Source: Candidatus Fermentithermobacillus carboniphilus (GTDB lineage Bacteria; Bacillota; Sulfobacillia; Fermentithermobacillales; Fermentithermobacillaceae). From it: DNA of 64,000 bases. The notes under the pieces are model-generated. The model saw only the letters and a list, made by a program, of their open reading frames with translations. It had not been told where the DNA came from and ran no database searches. The DNA lies in NCBI GenBank assembly GCA_018208355.1, contig CP062796.1, positions 237,217-301,216 of the forward strand, in the 5' to 3' direction. Positions 37,797-47,932 of the stretch are shown in pieces (the stretch's first letter is position 1; every line of letters begins with the position of its first letter). A program made the translations under genes and the position numbers.

Positions 37797-39332
37797 TCAT
37801 GACTCAAATATCCTCTGCCTGTACGAAAGGGCTTCTGCTACGTGTTCCTCTTCTATCCTCGGTGAATCAGCAAGGTCAGCGATGGAAGCAGCTACCTTCA
37901 TAACCCTGTAGTAAGCCCTGGCGGAGAGTTTCATTCTCTTGTAAGCGTCAAGAAGCAGTTTTCTTGCGGCGCCGGATAGATTCAGCAGGGTCGAAAGTTC
38001 CTTAGGGCCCGTCTCAGCATTGGTCAAAAGGCCTGTTCCTTGGAGACGCTTTCTCTGCCTCTCCCTGGCAGCTGTGACCCTTTCTTTCACCGCTGAACTC
38101 GGTTCTTCCGTAGAGGCGCCTGTAAGTTCGCTCACGTCCACCCTTTGAACGTCTATGCAAATATCTATCCTGTCCAGAAGCGGCCCGTTTACCCTCGATA
38201 TGTACTGCTTCCGTTGGTGTTCCGTGCAGGCACAATCCTGTATATCGCTCCCGTGGAAGCCGCACGGACAAGGATTCATAGCCGCCACCAGCAAGAAACG
38301 GCACGGGAATGTCCAGGTACCCCGCGTCCTGGTGACATGTACTACGCCCTCTTCAAGAGGCTGCCTTAAAGCATTCAGGACAGAGGGTGAAAACTGAGGT
38401 AGTTCATCCAGAAACAGTACCCCCCGGTGGGCCAGGGTTATTTCTCCGGGCCTCGGGTTTGCGCCACCGCCGATCAATGCTGCCATGGTCACCGTGTGGT
38501 GCGGAGCGCGGTAAGGCCGACTCGTCAACAGCCCCGTCCCAGGGGGCAACGCCCCGGCCACGCTCCAGATTTTGGTGACGACAAGCGCCTCCTCAGGGGT
38601 GAGGTCCGGCATGATACCCGGTATGGCCCGAGCAAGAAGGCTCTTCCCCGCACCCGGCGGGCCGGACATCAGGATGTTGTGCCCACCCGCACCAGACACT
38701 TCTAGAGCACGTTTGGCTGCCCTTTGTCCCCTAATTTCCCTAAAATCCACGTACCCTTGCGGTGGCACTACGGCGCCGTTGCCAGTGTGAGACGGACCGG
38801 TCAAATCGGCTTGCCCCTTGACAAAACCCACGGTTTCGTCAAGGCTCCGCGCTATTCGAATGTCTATACCACCGAGGAACGAAACTTCCGCCTGGTTCTC
38901 TCGGGGGATGACGGCCCCTTTTAGACCGGACTCCATCGCCGACAATACCATGGCAAGCACTCCTGGAACAGGTCTTATGGACCCATCCAGCGCCAGTTCG
39001 CCGAGAAAGGCATAGTCTCGGGTCCTGGGTCCTTCAGCCAACTGCCCCGAAGCGAGAAGGATCGCTGTGGCCACCGCCAGATCCATCTGGGTTCCCTCTT
39101 TGTGCAGCCCCGCGGGAGCAAGGTTCACCGTGATCCTTCTGGGGGGAATGTCGAACCCGGAGTTACGGATGGCAGAACGTACGCGTTGTCTTGCCTCGCG
39201 GACTGACGTATCAGCCATGCCCACTATCTCGAGGCCCGGCAAGCCTCCTGAAACATCTGTTTCCACGGTCACGATAAATCCGTCTATCCCCGAAACGGTG
39301 GCGCTCTTGACGGAAGCAAACAAAGAAAACAT
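37797..39332 (-). CDS. comM: YifB/ComM Mg-chelatase-like AAA+ ATPase
   Basis: NLAPA, GELALDG, GPPGAGKS, LFLDE, NPCPCG. Confidence 0.93.
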   Translation of the reverse strand: MFSLFASVKSATVSGIDGFIVTVETDVSGGLPGLEIVGMADTSVREARQRVRSAIRNSGFDIPPRRITVNLAPAGLHKEGTQMDLAVATAILLASGQLAEGPRTRDYAFLGELALDGSIRPVPGVLAMVLSAMESGLKGAVIPRENQAEVSFLGGIDIRIARSLDETVGFVKGQADLTGPSHTGNGAVVPPQGYVDFREIRGQRAAKRALEVSGAGGHNILMSGPPGAGKSLLARAIPGIMPDLTPEEALVVTKIWSVAGALPPGTGLLTSRPYRAPHHTVTMAALIGGGANPRPGEITLAHRGVLFLDELPQFSPSVLNALRQPLEEGVVHVTRTRGTWTFPCRFLLVAAMNPCPCGFHGSDIQDCACTEHQRKQYISRVNGPLLDRIDICIDVQRVDVSELTGASTEEPSSAVKERVTAARERQRKRLQGTGLLTNAETGPKELSTLLNLSGAARKLLLDAYKRMKLSARAYYRVMKVAASIADLADSPRIEEEHVAEALSYRQRIFES

Positions 39333-39545
39333 CCTCCGGTTGACGAAATCCGCCCTTTGAGAGTACTATCGGACAAGTTTCGACTCAGATATTATCATGA
39401 CTGCCATATTATGGCAAGCCCGATTGTCACTCGACCCGGAAATCTGGGAGCGTCGGCAACCCAATAGGATTAGCAAACGAACTCTCGCCAGTCACCTTGC
39501 CCCGCATCAACCGGAGGTGTATACACATCTTTCAGCCGGTTCTCT

Positions 39546-40553
39546 TCAGATGGTTCTCTTGACCGGGTCTATCAACGTGGAAAGGCCCATTGCCTCCTTT
39601 GCCCTCTTCAGGACAGCCGAAGAAACCTCGTTGGCCCTTTTGGCACCGTTTGACAAGATATCTTTCAAAACGCCCGATTGCTTGTACTCGCTGTACCTTT
39701 TCTGCACGGGTTCAAGGGTTTGTATGATCACGTCTGCAAGGTCCTTCTTGAAGTCGGCGTAACCTCTTCCCCGGTACATTTCCTCGATTTCGCTTATCGG
39801 TTTGTTCACGCAGAGCGAGTAAATGGAGAGAAGGTTAGCAAGCGCGGGTTTTTCGTCGGGCCTGTAGACCACCTCACGGCCGGAGTCAGTCACCGCCCTT
39901 CGTATTTTCCTTGCCACCTCATCCTTGGAATCGGCCAGCGAGATATAACTTAATGGATTCGGGTCCGATTTGGACATCTTCTTTGTTGGATCTTGCAGAG
40001 ACTTTATCCTTGCGCCATATTCGGGGATGAGCGGTTCCGGCACTTTGAAGGTCGGTCCGTACCTGCTGTTGAACCTTTCGGCTAGGTCGCGGCACAGTTC
40101 AACGTGCTGTTTCTGGTCCTCACCTACAGGAACATAGTCCGTATCGTAGAGAAGGATATCTGCGGCCATTAAAGCAGGATAAGTGAACAGTCCGCCGGAC
40201 ACAGTCTCCTTGCCCTCGGATTTCTCTTTGAACTGAGTCATCCTCGACAATTCCCCAAAAGTCGCGATACACTGGAGCATCCATCCGAGCTCGGCGTGAC
40301 ACGGAACATCCGACTGGACAAAAAGCGTTACTTTCTGCGGATCAAGCCCGGCTGCCAAGAAATATAGGGCAGTGTCTTCTATCTGTCGAGAGAGCTCCTT
40401 CGGGTCCTGATACACGGTGATGGCATGATAGTCAACGATGCAGTAAAAACACTCGTGTTCGTCCTGGAAATCGACAAAACGCTTGAGTGCTCCGAAGTAA
40501 TTCCCGAGGTGAATAACCCCTGACGGCTGAACTCCTGAAAATACTCTCTTCAT
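39546..40553 (-). CDS. trpS: Tryptophanyl-tRNA synthetase
   Basis: HLGN, KMSKS, GEDQKQH. Confidence 0.97.
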   Translation of the reverse strand: MKRVFSGVQPSGVIHLGNYFGALKRFVDFQDEHECFYCIVDYHAITVYQDPKELSRQIEDTALYFLAAGLDPQKVTLFVQSDVPCHAELGWMLQCIATFGELSRMTQFKEKSEGKETVSGGLFTYPALMAADILLYDTDYVPVGEDQKQHVELCRDLAERFNSRYGPTFKVPEPLIPEYGARIKSLQDPTKKMSKSDPNPLSYISLADSKDEVARKIRRAVTDSGREVVYRPDEKPALANLLSIYSLCVNKPISEIEEMYRGRGYADFKKDLADVIIQTLEPVQKRYSEYKQSGVLKDILSNGAKRANEVSSAVLKRAKEAMGLSTLIDPVKRTI

Positions 40554-40770
40554 ATTTCTCCACGCTCGTTATCCGGCGTGAGCGACCTCCTTTCGCTGAG
40601 TAGTAGGCCTATGCAAAAAGACCATCCGCCGGCGCCCTGAGGGAGCCGCACTTCAGAAATCTCCACGACCAAGTCACTTCACCGGTCCGAGTTCCGGCCA
40701 CTCCCAAGAAAAATCACCTGCGTGCGGACCACCTCCTGAGCGATCGCTTAACCGCCACTGTCCTGGGCAA

Positions 40771-40996
40771 TAAAAAACTCCGTCGCAAGGGACGGAGGTT
40801 ATCCGCGGTGCCACCCTACTTCGCCGTATACCGGCGCACCTCTAGAGAAAGTACCATCATACTTTCCATCCTCTATCGGGGATGAGCCGGCATGTTGCTC
40901 GCTCCCGAGCCCATTCCCGCGGCATCCTGCACCGGCCTTCCACCCTCGCCCGGCTCGCTTGGCATTGAGCCGCGGTACTATTCTCGTTCATCGCGT
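40771..40996 (-). promoter_or_regulatory. T-box riboswitch, Trp specifier
   Basis: AGTAGGGTGGCACCGCG T-box, terminator CTCCGTC..GACGGAG-T6, specifier GAA-TGG at 40911-40913. Confidence 0.93.
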
Positions 40997-41098
40997 CACC
41001 CTATATTAAAACCCACCGAGTCCCGGACCACGATATCCAATCGGACTTTCCAGGTGTGAACCTTTAGGAAATTATGCCACACCAGAGCGAAAACATCA

Positions 41099-41148
41099 AA
41101 TCGAAAGTCACCAAATCGAAAAATACCGAATCGAAAGATGAATCGAAA
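41099..41148. repeat. Four AATCGAAA direct repeats spaced 15/15/12 nt
   Basis: Copies start at 41099, 41114, 41129 and 41141. Confidence 0.75.
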
Positions 41149-41326
41149 GACCGCCCCTGCCGCGACCATCCGACAACCAAGCATTTTTCATGGACGTCCA
41201 TTTCGCACAGCAGGTACGTTCCCCGCTACCGATAATAGCGCCTGGGGTTTGCCAGTTCCATTTGAATCTTCAACGGCAACATATTCCTGAGCCGACACTA
41301 TGCCGATATTCGAGCCAGAAACGCCG

Positions 41327-42478
41327 TTATTTCAAAGACGAAGGTTTCAGATCATGGATAATCTCTACCTGGCCGTCACAGGTGCCTACGAGAAGAGGAC
41401 TCGTGGGGACGTGCCTTCCCAGATTTTTCTCTATCGAAGCTGCACTGTGATTGGCGTAGCAGTAAGCACACTGATGGCTGCAGGTGTTGTACGCTCCCAT
41501 ATCCACCGACTCGACGCAACGGCACGCTGGACGCTGCCCTTTGTCTTTCGGCATGGCCCTGTCTGTACCCGAGATCTTACGGATTAGGTTCCCGTCTATA
41601 CAGGCACCCGGCTTGATCCCTGCGGGACGTAGATCAATTGTTTCGGCACAGCTATAAACCTCCATCCCGCAAGACTCTGCCATGTTTCTGATTCCTTCGG
41701 CCAGTTTCAACACCTCGCCCGGTGCTCGAACGGGGGCCCTTTTCACACCGGATATCCCCGCCGATCGGGACCTATCTGCAGGTACTTGGGGCGCTGTCCT
41801 CGTCCCGTCGCGTATACCTGCCGATGTCCCCCTGTCACACAGTATCCCTACCGTCGTCCCTCCCTGCCCACATGCGCCCGCGCCCATCCCATCCTCACAG
41901 AACCCACCTGACATTTTTCCCTCATCACCCACAGCAAGAGGCTCGTAAAATTCAATGCCGGTCGCCTGTGAGATCCTCTTCAAACGCCGCTTAACTTTCC
42001 CGTAGAAGTCGAGGAAACTTATGACGAGCCGGTCTGTATAGCCTGTCAAATGCTCTGCCAGGTTTTGTACCCGTTCAAGATGGTACTCAGATGGAGTGAC
42101 GGAACTCAGGACGATTGGATCATACCGCCAGATAACGCGCTCTTTTCCCGCCCGGTCTGAAAGTTTGCGAAAAGCGTCTAACCGCTGGCTGAGTGGAGGC
42201 ACACGGGGCTCCAGAATCTCCGGGTAGTCGTTGAGGGTGAAATGAAAATAGTATCGGTAGCCGAGAGAATCCAATAAGTCAAGGTACGGGAGGAGCGGCT
42301 GGGGATTCTTAGTCCAGAACACAATGAGGTCCACATCCTCCGGGAGAAGGCTGTACACTTTCACCTGGCCCGGGTTAAAGGGGTTTCTCACGCAAAAATA
42401 GCCTGCCTTGACCCTCTCAACAAACCACTTGCTGAAAAACGCCGGAATATCTGTCCGGCGGCTCGCGCTGACAATCAT
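41327..42478 (-). CDS. DUF1848 family protein with an internal repeat insertion
   Basis: SASRRTDIPAF, FWTKNP, WRYDPI, C-terminal CSHQCAYCYAN. Confidence 0.9.
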   Translation of the reverse strand: MIVSASRRTDIPAFFSKWFVERVKAGYFCVRNPFNPGQVKVYSLLPEDVDLIVFWTKNPQPLLPYLDLLDSLGYRYYFHFTLNDYPEILEPRVPPLSQRLDAFRKLSDRAGKERVIWRYDPIVLSSVTPSEYHLERVQNLAEHLTGYTDRLVISFLDFYGKVKRRLKRISQATGIEFYEPLAVGDEGKMSGGFCEDGMGAGACGQGGTTVGILCDRGTSAGIRDGTRTAPQVPADRSRSAGISGVKRAPVRAPGEVLKLAEGIRNMAESCGMEVYSCAETIDLRPAGIKPGACIDGNLIRKISGTDRAMPKDKGQRPACRCVESVDMGAYNTCSHQCAYCYANHSAASIEKNLGRHVPTSPLLVGTCDGQVEIIHDLKPSSLK

Positions 42479-42665
42479 GCCGGTCCTCCTGATCTGGATT
42501 ACGAAGTACCCGGAGCCGGTATATGGGGGCCAGGCTTGTGACCCATCATTAACAGTACTTCCCTCCCAACCCGTATGGAGATCCTGGCCAGCCGATTGGC
42601 CCAGGGGTACGGTTTCTTTAGCCATTTTCCGCTTTTCGTCGAATGGGAGTCTCGTGAATTTCCCG

Positions 42666-43097
42666 CTACTCGCTGGATGGCCTTGCTATCCCGAACATCT
42701 GACACAGCCTTTCATAGGTCTCCTTAGGCGACGAAGACTCACACGCAAGCGTTTCAATCGGGCATCTACCGTCCCTCGACCTGTTCATGATATACGGTAC
42801 CACTTCATCGATAACGTATACACGGTTTTCTCGCGCGAGGACTTCTACAGCCTCTTTACTGCCTGTCTTTCCGTAAACGGCGTCAATTCCAAAGTAGAGG
42901 ACAAGGTGGGCCACGGCGACACCCACAACCTTGTCAGCAAGGCACGACCCGCAGATATCGTGACCTGCCTTGAGAGCCGCCGTGATAAGAGGCTTCACTC
43001 CCGGTCCCCTCTCGACGGCGAGAACCCTACCTTCTTTAACGATGACGACGGAATGCCCGTCCTTAAGCAGCGAAGCCCCCAGTCTCAGGTCACTCAT
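42666..43097 (-). CDS. DUF1893 (TM1506-like) protein
   Basis: GVKPL, ADKVVG, IMNR..CPIE. Confidence 0.8.
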   Translation of the reverse strand: MSDLRLGASLLKDGHSVVIVKEGRVLAVERGPGVKPLITAALKAGHDICGSCLADKVVGVAVAHLVLYFGIDAVYGKTGSKEAVEVLARENRVYVIDEVVPYIMNRSRDGRCPIETLACESSSPKETYERLCQMFGIARPSSE

Positions 43098-43629
43098 GAT
43101 CCTCTCAGCGGATGCAGTGTTCAGGCCGAAACGCTGTTCACCATCATGCCCGCCACAAAACCGAGAGCTATCCCAGACACAATGTTCAGCACTGCCTCCC
43201 CCATCCCGGGCATGTTTCGACCCCTGACATTCGCAAGTGCTTTTAACTCGCTCAACCAAGACCCATCCTGGTTCAAAAAACTTGGCTGCTTTTATCTCCA
43301 GCCAAGTCGGCCCCCAGACCAGGTTTTCGCCTCCTTCCCAGATACTCGATTTGCCCCCCGAGGGGCAGGACGCCAGGGGACCTCGGCCCGGGAGTCCCAC
43401 CCGGGCGGGAGAACTGCACCGGAAGGGCTCAATCGGAATTGACCGCTTGCGCGGGGAAGCCGGTGCTTCCACCAAATTGTGCTAACTTCCGGTGGAGACT
43501 AACCCCGGAGACTAACCCCGCCTCCCGCGCCCTGTTGGGACGCCTACCGGTTTGTCCGACACCGGCTAAACGGGCTCACCGTAAGGACAAGGCCACAACT
43601 TCATCTCGCGCCAGACGTTTCAAGTTGCT

Positions 43630-45180
43630 TCAATTGCTCGATCTAACGCAGAACACCTTTGTCTCCGCCAGACCGCTGTGGACGCCACGGCCAAGCACAT
43701 TCAAGCCAGCTTTTCTGGCATTGGTGATATATTCGACGGTGGCGCTATCGAACTCTTCACCGGGAGTTATCAGCGGCGCGCCGGGAGGGTAAACCACAAC
43801 TGTATCGGCGGATATGCGCCCGGCAGCTTGATCAAGGTCAACTGCTTCCGCCATTGAAAGAAAAGCTTCTCTCAGGGACATCACTCTCGCGGGTCTTGGA
43901 GCTTCACCGAGCAGTAAAGATACGTCAAACTGGCTACTGTGCTCCCGGGGACAACGTTCTGCGAGATCCCTGAACGCTGCTTCAACGGTATCAATATCCT
44001 CCTCGCTGTCAGCGCCAGTACAGATCATGAGGATATGCTGGAGCCCAACCATCTCCGGATCTACTCCTTTTTCCTCGACCAGGAAACGGGCAGCTTGAGG
44101 ACCTGTGACTCCAAGTTCGGCGAGGTTCACCAGGATCCTCCCGGGATCATGCATGAGTCCCGGTGGGACTGGATTGGACGGATCGTACCCTACCACTGAA
44201 AGGCGCGGAATCCTCGCGAGCCTTCTACTGAGTTCACAGGCTCTTTCAACTCCTCTGTTCACCCATTGCCCCCCGTCCCTCTCCAGGACCTCTATGGCCT
44301 GTTGCAGAGAAGCCATCAGGATGTACGAAGGAGATGTGGTCTGAACCGCGCGAAGAGACTCTTCGACCGCTGGAATAAGACCAGGAAAACGCTCTGGAGC
44401 GGACGGCCCTACGTGGAGGAACGCGGTTTGGGTGAACGCGACGGTTGTTTTATGCGCGCCATGCACAACCAGGTCTGCTCCGCAGTCCAGAGCAGAGGGA
44501 GGAAGTTCTCTCCCCACTTTGAAATGGGTACCGTGAGCCTCATCGACAATCAATATGGCCCCGCTTGCGTGGGTAATTTCAGCTATCTCGCTGAGGTTTC
44601 TGGCAAAACCGCAATATGTAGGGTTGATGACCACGACTGCCTTAGGCGGCCGCCCACCGCGGGCCACCTCACGTTCAAATGCTTCTTTTATCCTTTCTAC
44701 GTCCAGGGGCAGGTATCCTCCGAGATTTGGGTTGTGCTCTGGCCATACGAAAACTGGCTCAAGCCCGGACATAGCCATAGCAGTCATCATAGACCGGTGA
44801 GCATTCCGTGGTACCAGTACGCTGCGAGCCCCTAGAACCATCCGGGCCGCAAGCAAGGACGCCTGCACGCCAGAGGTGGCGCCGTTAACGAGGATGTAGG
44901 AGCGGGCTGATCCGAACAGTTTCTCAGCTCGCCTTTCAACTTCCCTGATGCAGCCGCTGGGATAGTGCAGGTTATCCAGCCCGGGAGACTCCGTCATATC
45001 GATAACCCGAAGTTCATCTAGCAGTCTCCGGGCCCATTCAGGGTTCGGGTCAGCAGGCATTGAAACTAAACCACCAGAAAAAACACCTTTCCCCTTATGA
45101 CCAGGCATATGCATTCTTGCCGGCTTTCGGGATGCATACCAGCACATTGCTTCGATTATGCCGCAGTTTTTTTCCGACAT
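43630..45180 (-). CDS. Orn/Lys/Arg decarboxylase family, PLP-dependent
   Basis: HMPGHK, VNGAT, DEAHG, HKT, QTTSPSY, YPPG. Confidence 0.9.
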   Translation of the reverse strand: MSEKNCGIIEAMCWYASRKPARMHMPGHKGKGVFSGGLVSMPADPNPEWARRLLDELRVIDMTESPGLDNLHYPSGCIREVERRAEKLFGSARSYILVNGATSGVQASLLAARMVLGARSVLVPRNAHRSMMTAMAMSGLEPVFVWPEHNPNLGGYLPLDVERIKEAFEREVARGGRPPKAVVVINPTYCGFARNLSEIAEITHASGAILIVDEAHGTHFKVGRELPPSALDCGADLVVHGAHKTTVAFTQTAFLHVGPSAPERFPGLIPAVEESLRAVQTTSPSYILMASLQQAIEVLERDGGQWVNRGVERACELSRRLARIPRLSVVGYDPSNPVPPGLMHDPGRILVNLAELGVTGPQAARFLVEEKGVDPEMVGLQHILMICTGADSEEDIDTVEAAFRDLAERCPREHSSQFDVSLLLGEAPRPARVMSLREAFLSMAEAVDLDQAAGRISADTVVVYPPGAPLITPGEEFDSATVEYITNARKAGLNVLGRGVHSGLAETKVFCVRSSN

Positions 45181-45358
45181 CTGTTCTACCGTCCTTACTA
45201 TGTTGGACTTGCCACTTGTATTGTGAATACTGACCGGCAGGCTGACCAATGAGTGCAGTTTTACCCGTGATCGGGAAAACGTTTCTCCGTATAGTCATAT
45301 CCTGACTGTACAGACTGAGGCAAGTCCCAGCCAGTCTAGCCCCAAAGATGCTAATATG

Positions 45359-47107
45359 CTACTGGGCATTTTTCCTCAGGACCTGCCCTGAACGACTCAG
45401 CGTCAGTTTTCCATCCTCCATGGCCACCTGCCCGTTGACGAACACCCATCTGAATCCTTCTGGGTACTGCCTGGGTTCTTCATCAGTGCTTTTTTCGGCG
45501 ACAGCTTCAGGGTTGAACACAACGATATCTGCCTTCATGCCCTCAGCAATCAGTCCTCGATCTTTCAGCCCGAGCCTTTGAGCTGGTAGACTGGTTATCC
45601 TCCTGATGCCTTCCTCAAGTCCCAGAAGCCCCAGTGCGTAACGCTTTATAAACCTCGCCATGCCTCCGAAACTGTTGGGATTTGGGAGGTAGTACGGTGG
45701 CACTTTGACCTCAGCTGTAACATTGACAAGGAAAGTATCAATACCGACCATAGCCAGCGGGTGTCTGTAAAATACCCGTTTCACTTCGTCAGAGCCTACT
45801 GAAGGCCGGGAAAGAATGGAGTACGGATCTGCACATATCACATCCATAAGCGCGTCGAGCGGATGCTGGTCTCTTTCTCTTGCTATCTGGGCAATGGTCT
45901 TTCCAACAAATTCACCCGCCTTGCTCTTCCCTATCATCATCTCATTCGCCCAGCCTGGCTGCAGGATTGGGTTTAGATTGAACCACTTGCCCGATAAGAC
46001 GTACTGCCGGATTTCCTCTCGAAGGTCTGGAGCTCTCAAGTTCGCCGCAAATTGCTCCAAGGTACCGGATTCTTTCAACCACGGAGCCAGCACCGCGGCA
46101 ACGTACTTGACATGTAGCACACCGCCGGTCTGGTGATTAGGTATTACATCAAACGCCAGATCCACTCCGTCTTTGAGTGCCGCATCAATTACAGCCAGGG
46201 TTTCTTCAGCCGCACAAACCGAGAGCTTGGGCGTGGGGCTTGGAGACACGAGATATCCCGGGCTCAGGTGGGCTAGCTGAAGTTTGACACCGGTCTTTTT
46301 GGCGATGTCCACAGCTTCGCGGATCCCGTTAATGAGTCCCGGGTCGCCCAACCCCTGTCGCAGGCCGGTCCGTCGCCAGTGGCTGGAAAACAACCCGCCC
46401 TTTCGTGCAACAACGCCTATGACCTCGTACGATTCTTCCACGCTGCAATAGCAGTTGGGTGCGTAGTCCATGCCATTTGAAATACCGGCGGCTCCCGAGT
46501 CCATAGCTTCCTCAACATATCTTTTCATGGCCTCGATTTCGGAAGCTGTAGCTTTCCTCCTGTAATCCGTACCCATCACTGCTGTTCGGACCGTGCCGTG
46601 CCCAACCAGCGGTACAATGTTTATGCCAGGTCTTGTTCGTTCAACAACATCAAGCCACTCTCCAAAACTTGACCACGTTATGTCAAGGCCATCTGTTTCT
46701 TTTGCGTGCTTCTTAACCATGTCAAGGTCTGCTACAACTTCCTGATAGTATTTTCTCGGGGAAACCTTGTCCCACCAGTTCCATTCCCAGAAGCATGCCG
46801 TCCAGTGCCTGTTAAGCGGTGCCGGAGAAAATCCGCATTGTCCGCACACTGATGTAGTTATCCCCTGAGCTATCGCGCTCTCTCCGGAAGGATACATGAG
46901 CACAGTCTGGTCTGCGTGAGAATGCATGTCTATGAAACCAGGTGCAACTACTTGCCCGGTAGCATCAACTATTCTCGCTGCACTCGCTCCTGATAGTTCC
47001 CCTATGGCTGCTATGGTGTCCCCCCGCAAGCCAATGTCTTTCTTGTAGCGAACACTTCCGCTGCCGTCTATGATTTCTCCGCCTCGTATAATCACATCAA
47101 ATGTCAT
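45359..47107 (-). CDS. N-acyl-D-amino-acid deacylase family amidohydrolase
   Basis: PGFIDMHSHAD, GQCGFS, DRGLI..ADIVVF. Confidence 0.88.
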   Translation of the reverse strand: MTFDVIIRGGEIIDGSGSVRYKKDIGLRGDTIAAIGELSGASAARIVDATGQVVAPGFIDMHSHADQTVLMYPSGESAIAQGITTSVCGQCGFSPAPLNRHWTACFWEWNWWDKVSPRKYYQEVVADLDMVKKHAKETDGLDITWSSFGEWLDVVERTRPGINIVPLVGHGTVRTAVMGTDYRRKATASEIEAMKRYVEEAMDSGAAGISNGMDYAPNCYCSVEESYEVIGVVARKGGLFSSHWRRTGLRQGLGDPGLINGIREAVDIAKKTGVKLQLAHLSPGYLVSPSPTPKLSVCAAEETLAVIDAALKDGVDLAFDVIPNHQTGGVLHVKYVAAVLAPWLKESGTLEQFAANLRAPDLREEIRQYVLSGKWFNLNPILQPGWANEMMIGKSKAGEFVGKTIAQIARERDQHPLDALMDVICADPYSILSRPSVGSDEVKRVFYRHPLAMVGIDTFLVNVTAEVKVPPYYLPNPNSFGGMARFIKRYALGLLGLEEGIRRITSLPAQRLGLKDRGLIAEGMKADIVVFNPEAVAEKSTDEEPRQYPEGFRWVFVNGQVAMEDGKLTLSRSGQVLRKNAQ

Positions 47108-47310
47108 ACAGCATTCCTCCTTTGTGACTGCCCTCAGCATTGCTAGCTCAGGTAAGCATAGTGCGATAAATCCCATCCGGCAAAACCCAAAAGGGTAATT
47201 CGACCTGCACAGGCTGCATCCTGTCTATTTCGGGTACAGGCTGGCCAATATTTTTGGGAACCATCTTGAAACAGCGGATATACGGGAGTATCCTAATATT
47301 GTTGCCTTGC

Positions 47311-47332
47311 GAACGTTCTCATGAGAACATTC
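47311..47332. promoter_or_regulatory. Probable MarR operator
   Basis: GAACGTTCTCATGAGAACATTC near-perfect palindrome just downstream of TTGAAA-N17-TATCCT. Confidence 0.7.
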
Positions 47333-47350
47333 TGGGCGAGGTGAACAACT

Positions 47351-47857
47351 GTGAGCGACCCTGCCGACATCCTCAGCGAACTTCTTCGCGCGGTCAACAA
47401 AGAACTGATGAACATGGTCACCGAGTGTCTGCATCATTACGGCATGGGACCCCAGGACATCATTGTAACCATGTTCGTCTCTCATAACCCCGGAACCACC
47501 GTCAGCGAGATAGCGCGGAAAACCAGGATGGCCAAGTCTCACGTTTCCAGGACCGTAGACCGGTTGGCAGAGCTCGGGTTTGTCAAGAAGCGACCCGATG
47601 AACAAGACAGACGCCTGGTGCGCCTTTACACCACCGACAACACTAGAGCTCACGTCGAGGCGGTCAACGCCCAGGTCAGAGAATTCATCACTGGAGCCCT
47701 GGACAATCTTCCCCATGACACGGTCCGGTCTCTCGTAGAGGGTCTTGCTCTCCTAAAAGACGCCCTGGAAAAACAACGTGTGCTGGCGACGAAGTCCCTC
47801 AGCTCGGCTCAGGACGGTCCTCCAGGCATGGCTTCTGATTCAAGGCAGCCTGTTTAA
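47351..47857 (+). CDS. MarR family regulator
   Basis: wHTH KSHVSRTVDRL..DRR. Confidence 0.9.
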   Translation: MSDPADILSELLRAVNKELMNMVTECLHHYGMGPQDIIVTMFVSHNPGTTVSEIARKTRMAKSHVSRTVDRLAELGFVKKRPDEQDRRLVRLYTTDNTRAHVEAVNAQVREFITGALDNLPHDTVRSLVEGLALLKDALEKQRVLATKSLSSAQDGPPGMASDSRQPV

Positions 47858-47932
47858 GGCGGCCTGATTACAGTCTTAAGCGGCAGGCAGTCCCAGATTA
47901 GATACTTCAACGAATCCCGGAGATGATGGACT

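Larger units (their letters stand above)
31445..37952. mobile_element. Decayed island bracketed by ~680-bp direct repeats (31445-32122 and 37272-37952)
   Basis: Duplicated yifB tail plus yraN; cargo of pseudogenes and an IS remnant; no integrase seen. Confidence 0.75.

Noticed and set aside
41327..41530. C-terminal CxxxCxxC of DUF1848 as a novel permutation
   Set aside because: A C-terminal Cys cluster is the normal layout of this family.
42408..43475. 344-aa plus-strand ORF and the long N-terminus of the DUF1893 ORF
   Set aside because: Shadow of two minus-strand genes with no motifs; family similarity starts near MSDLR.
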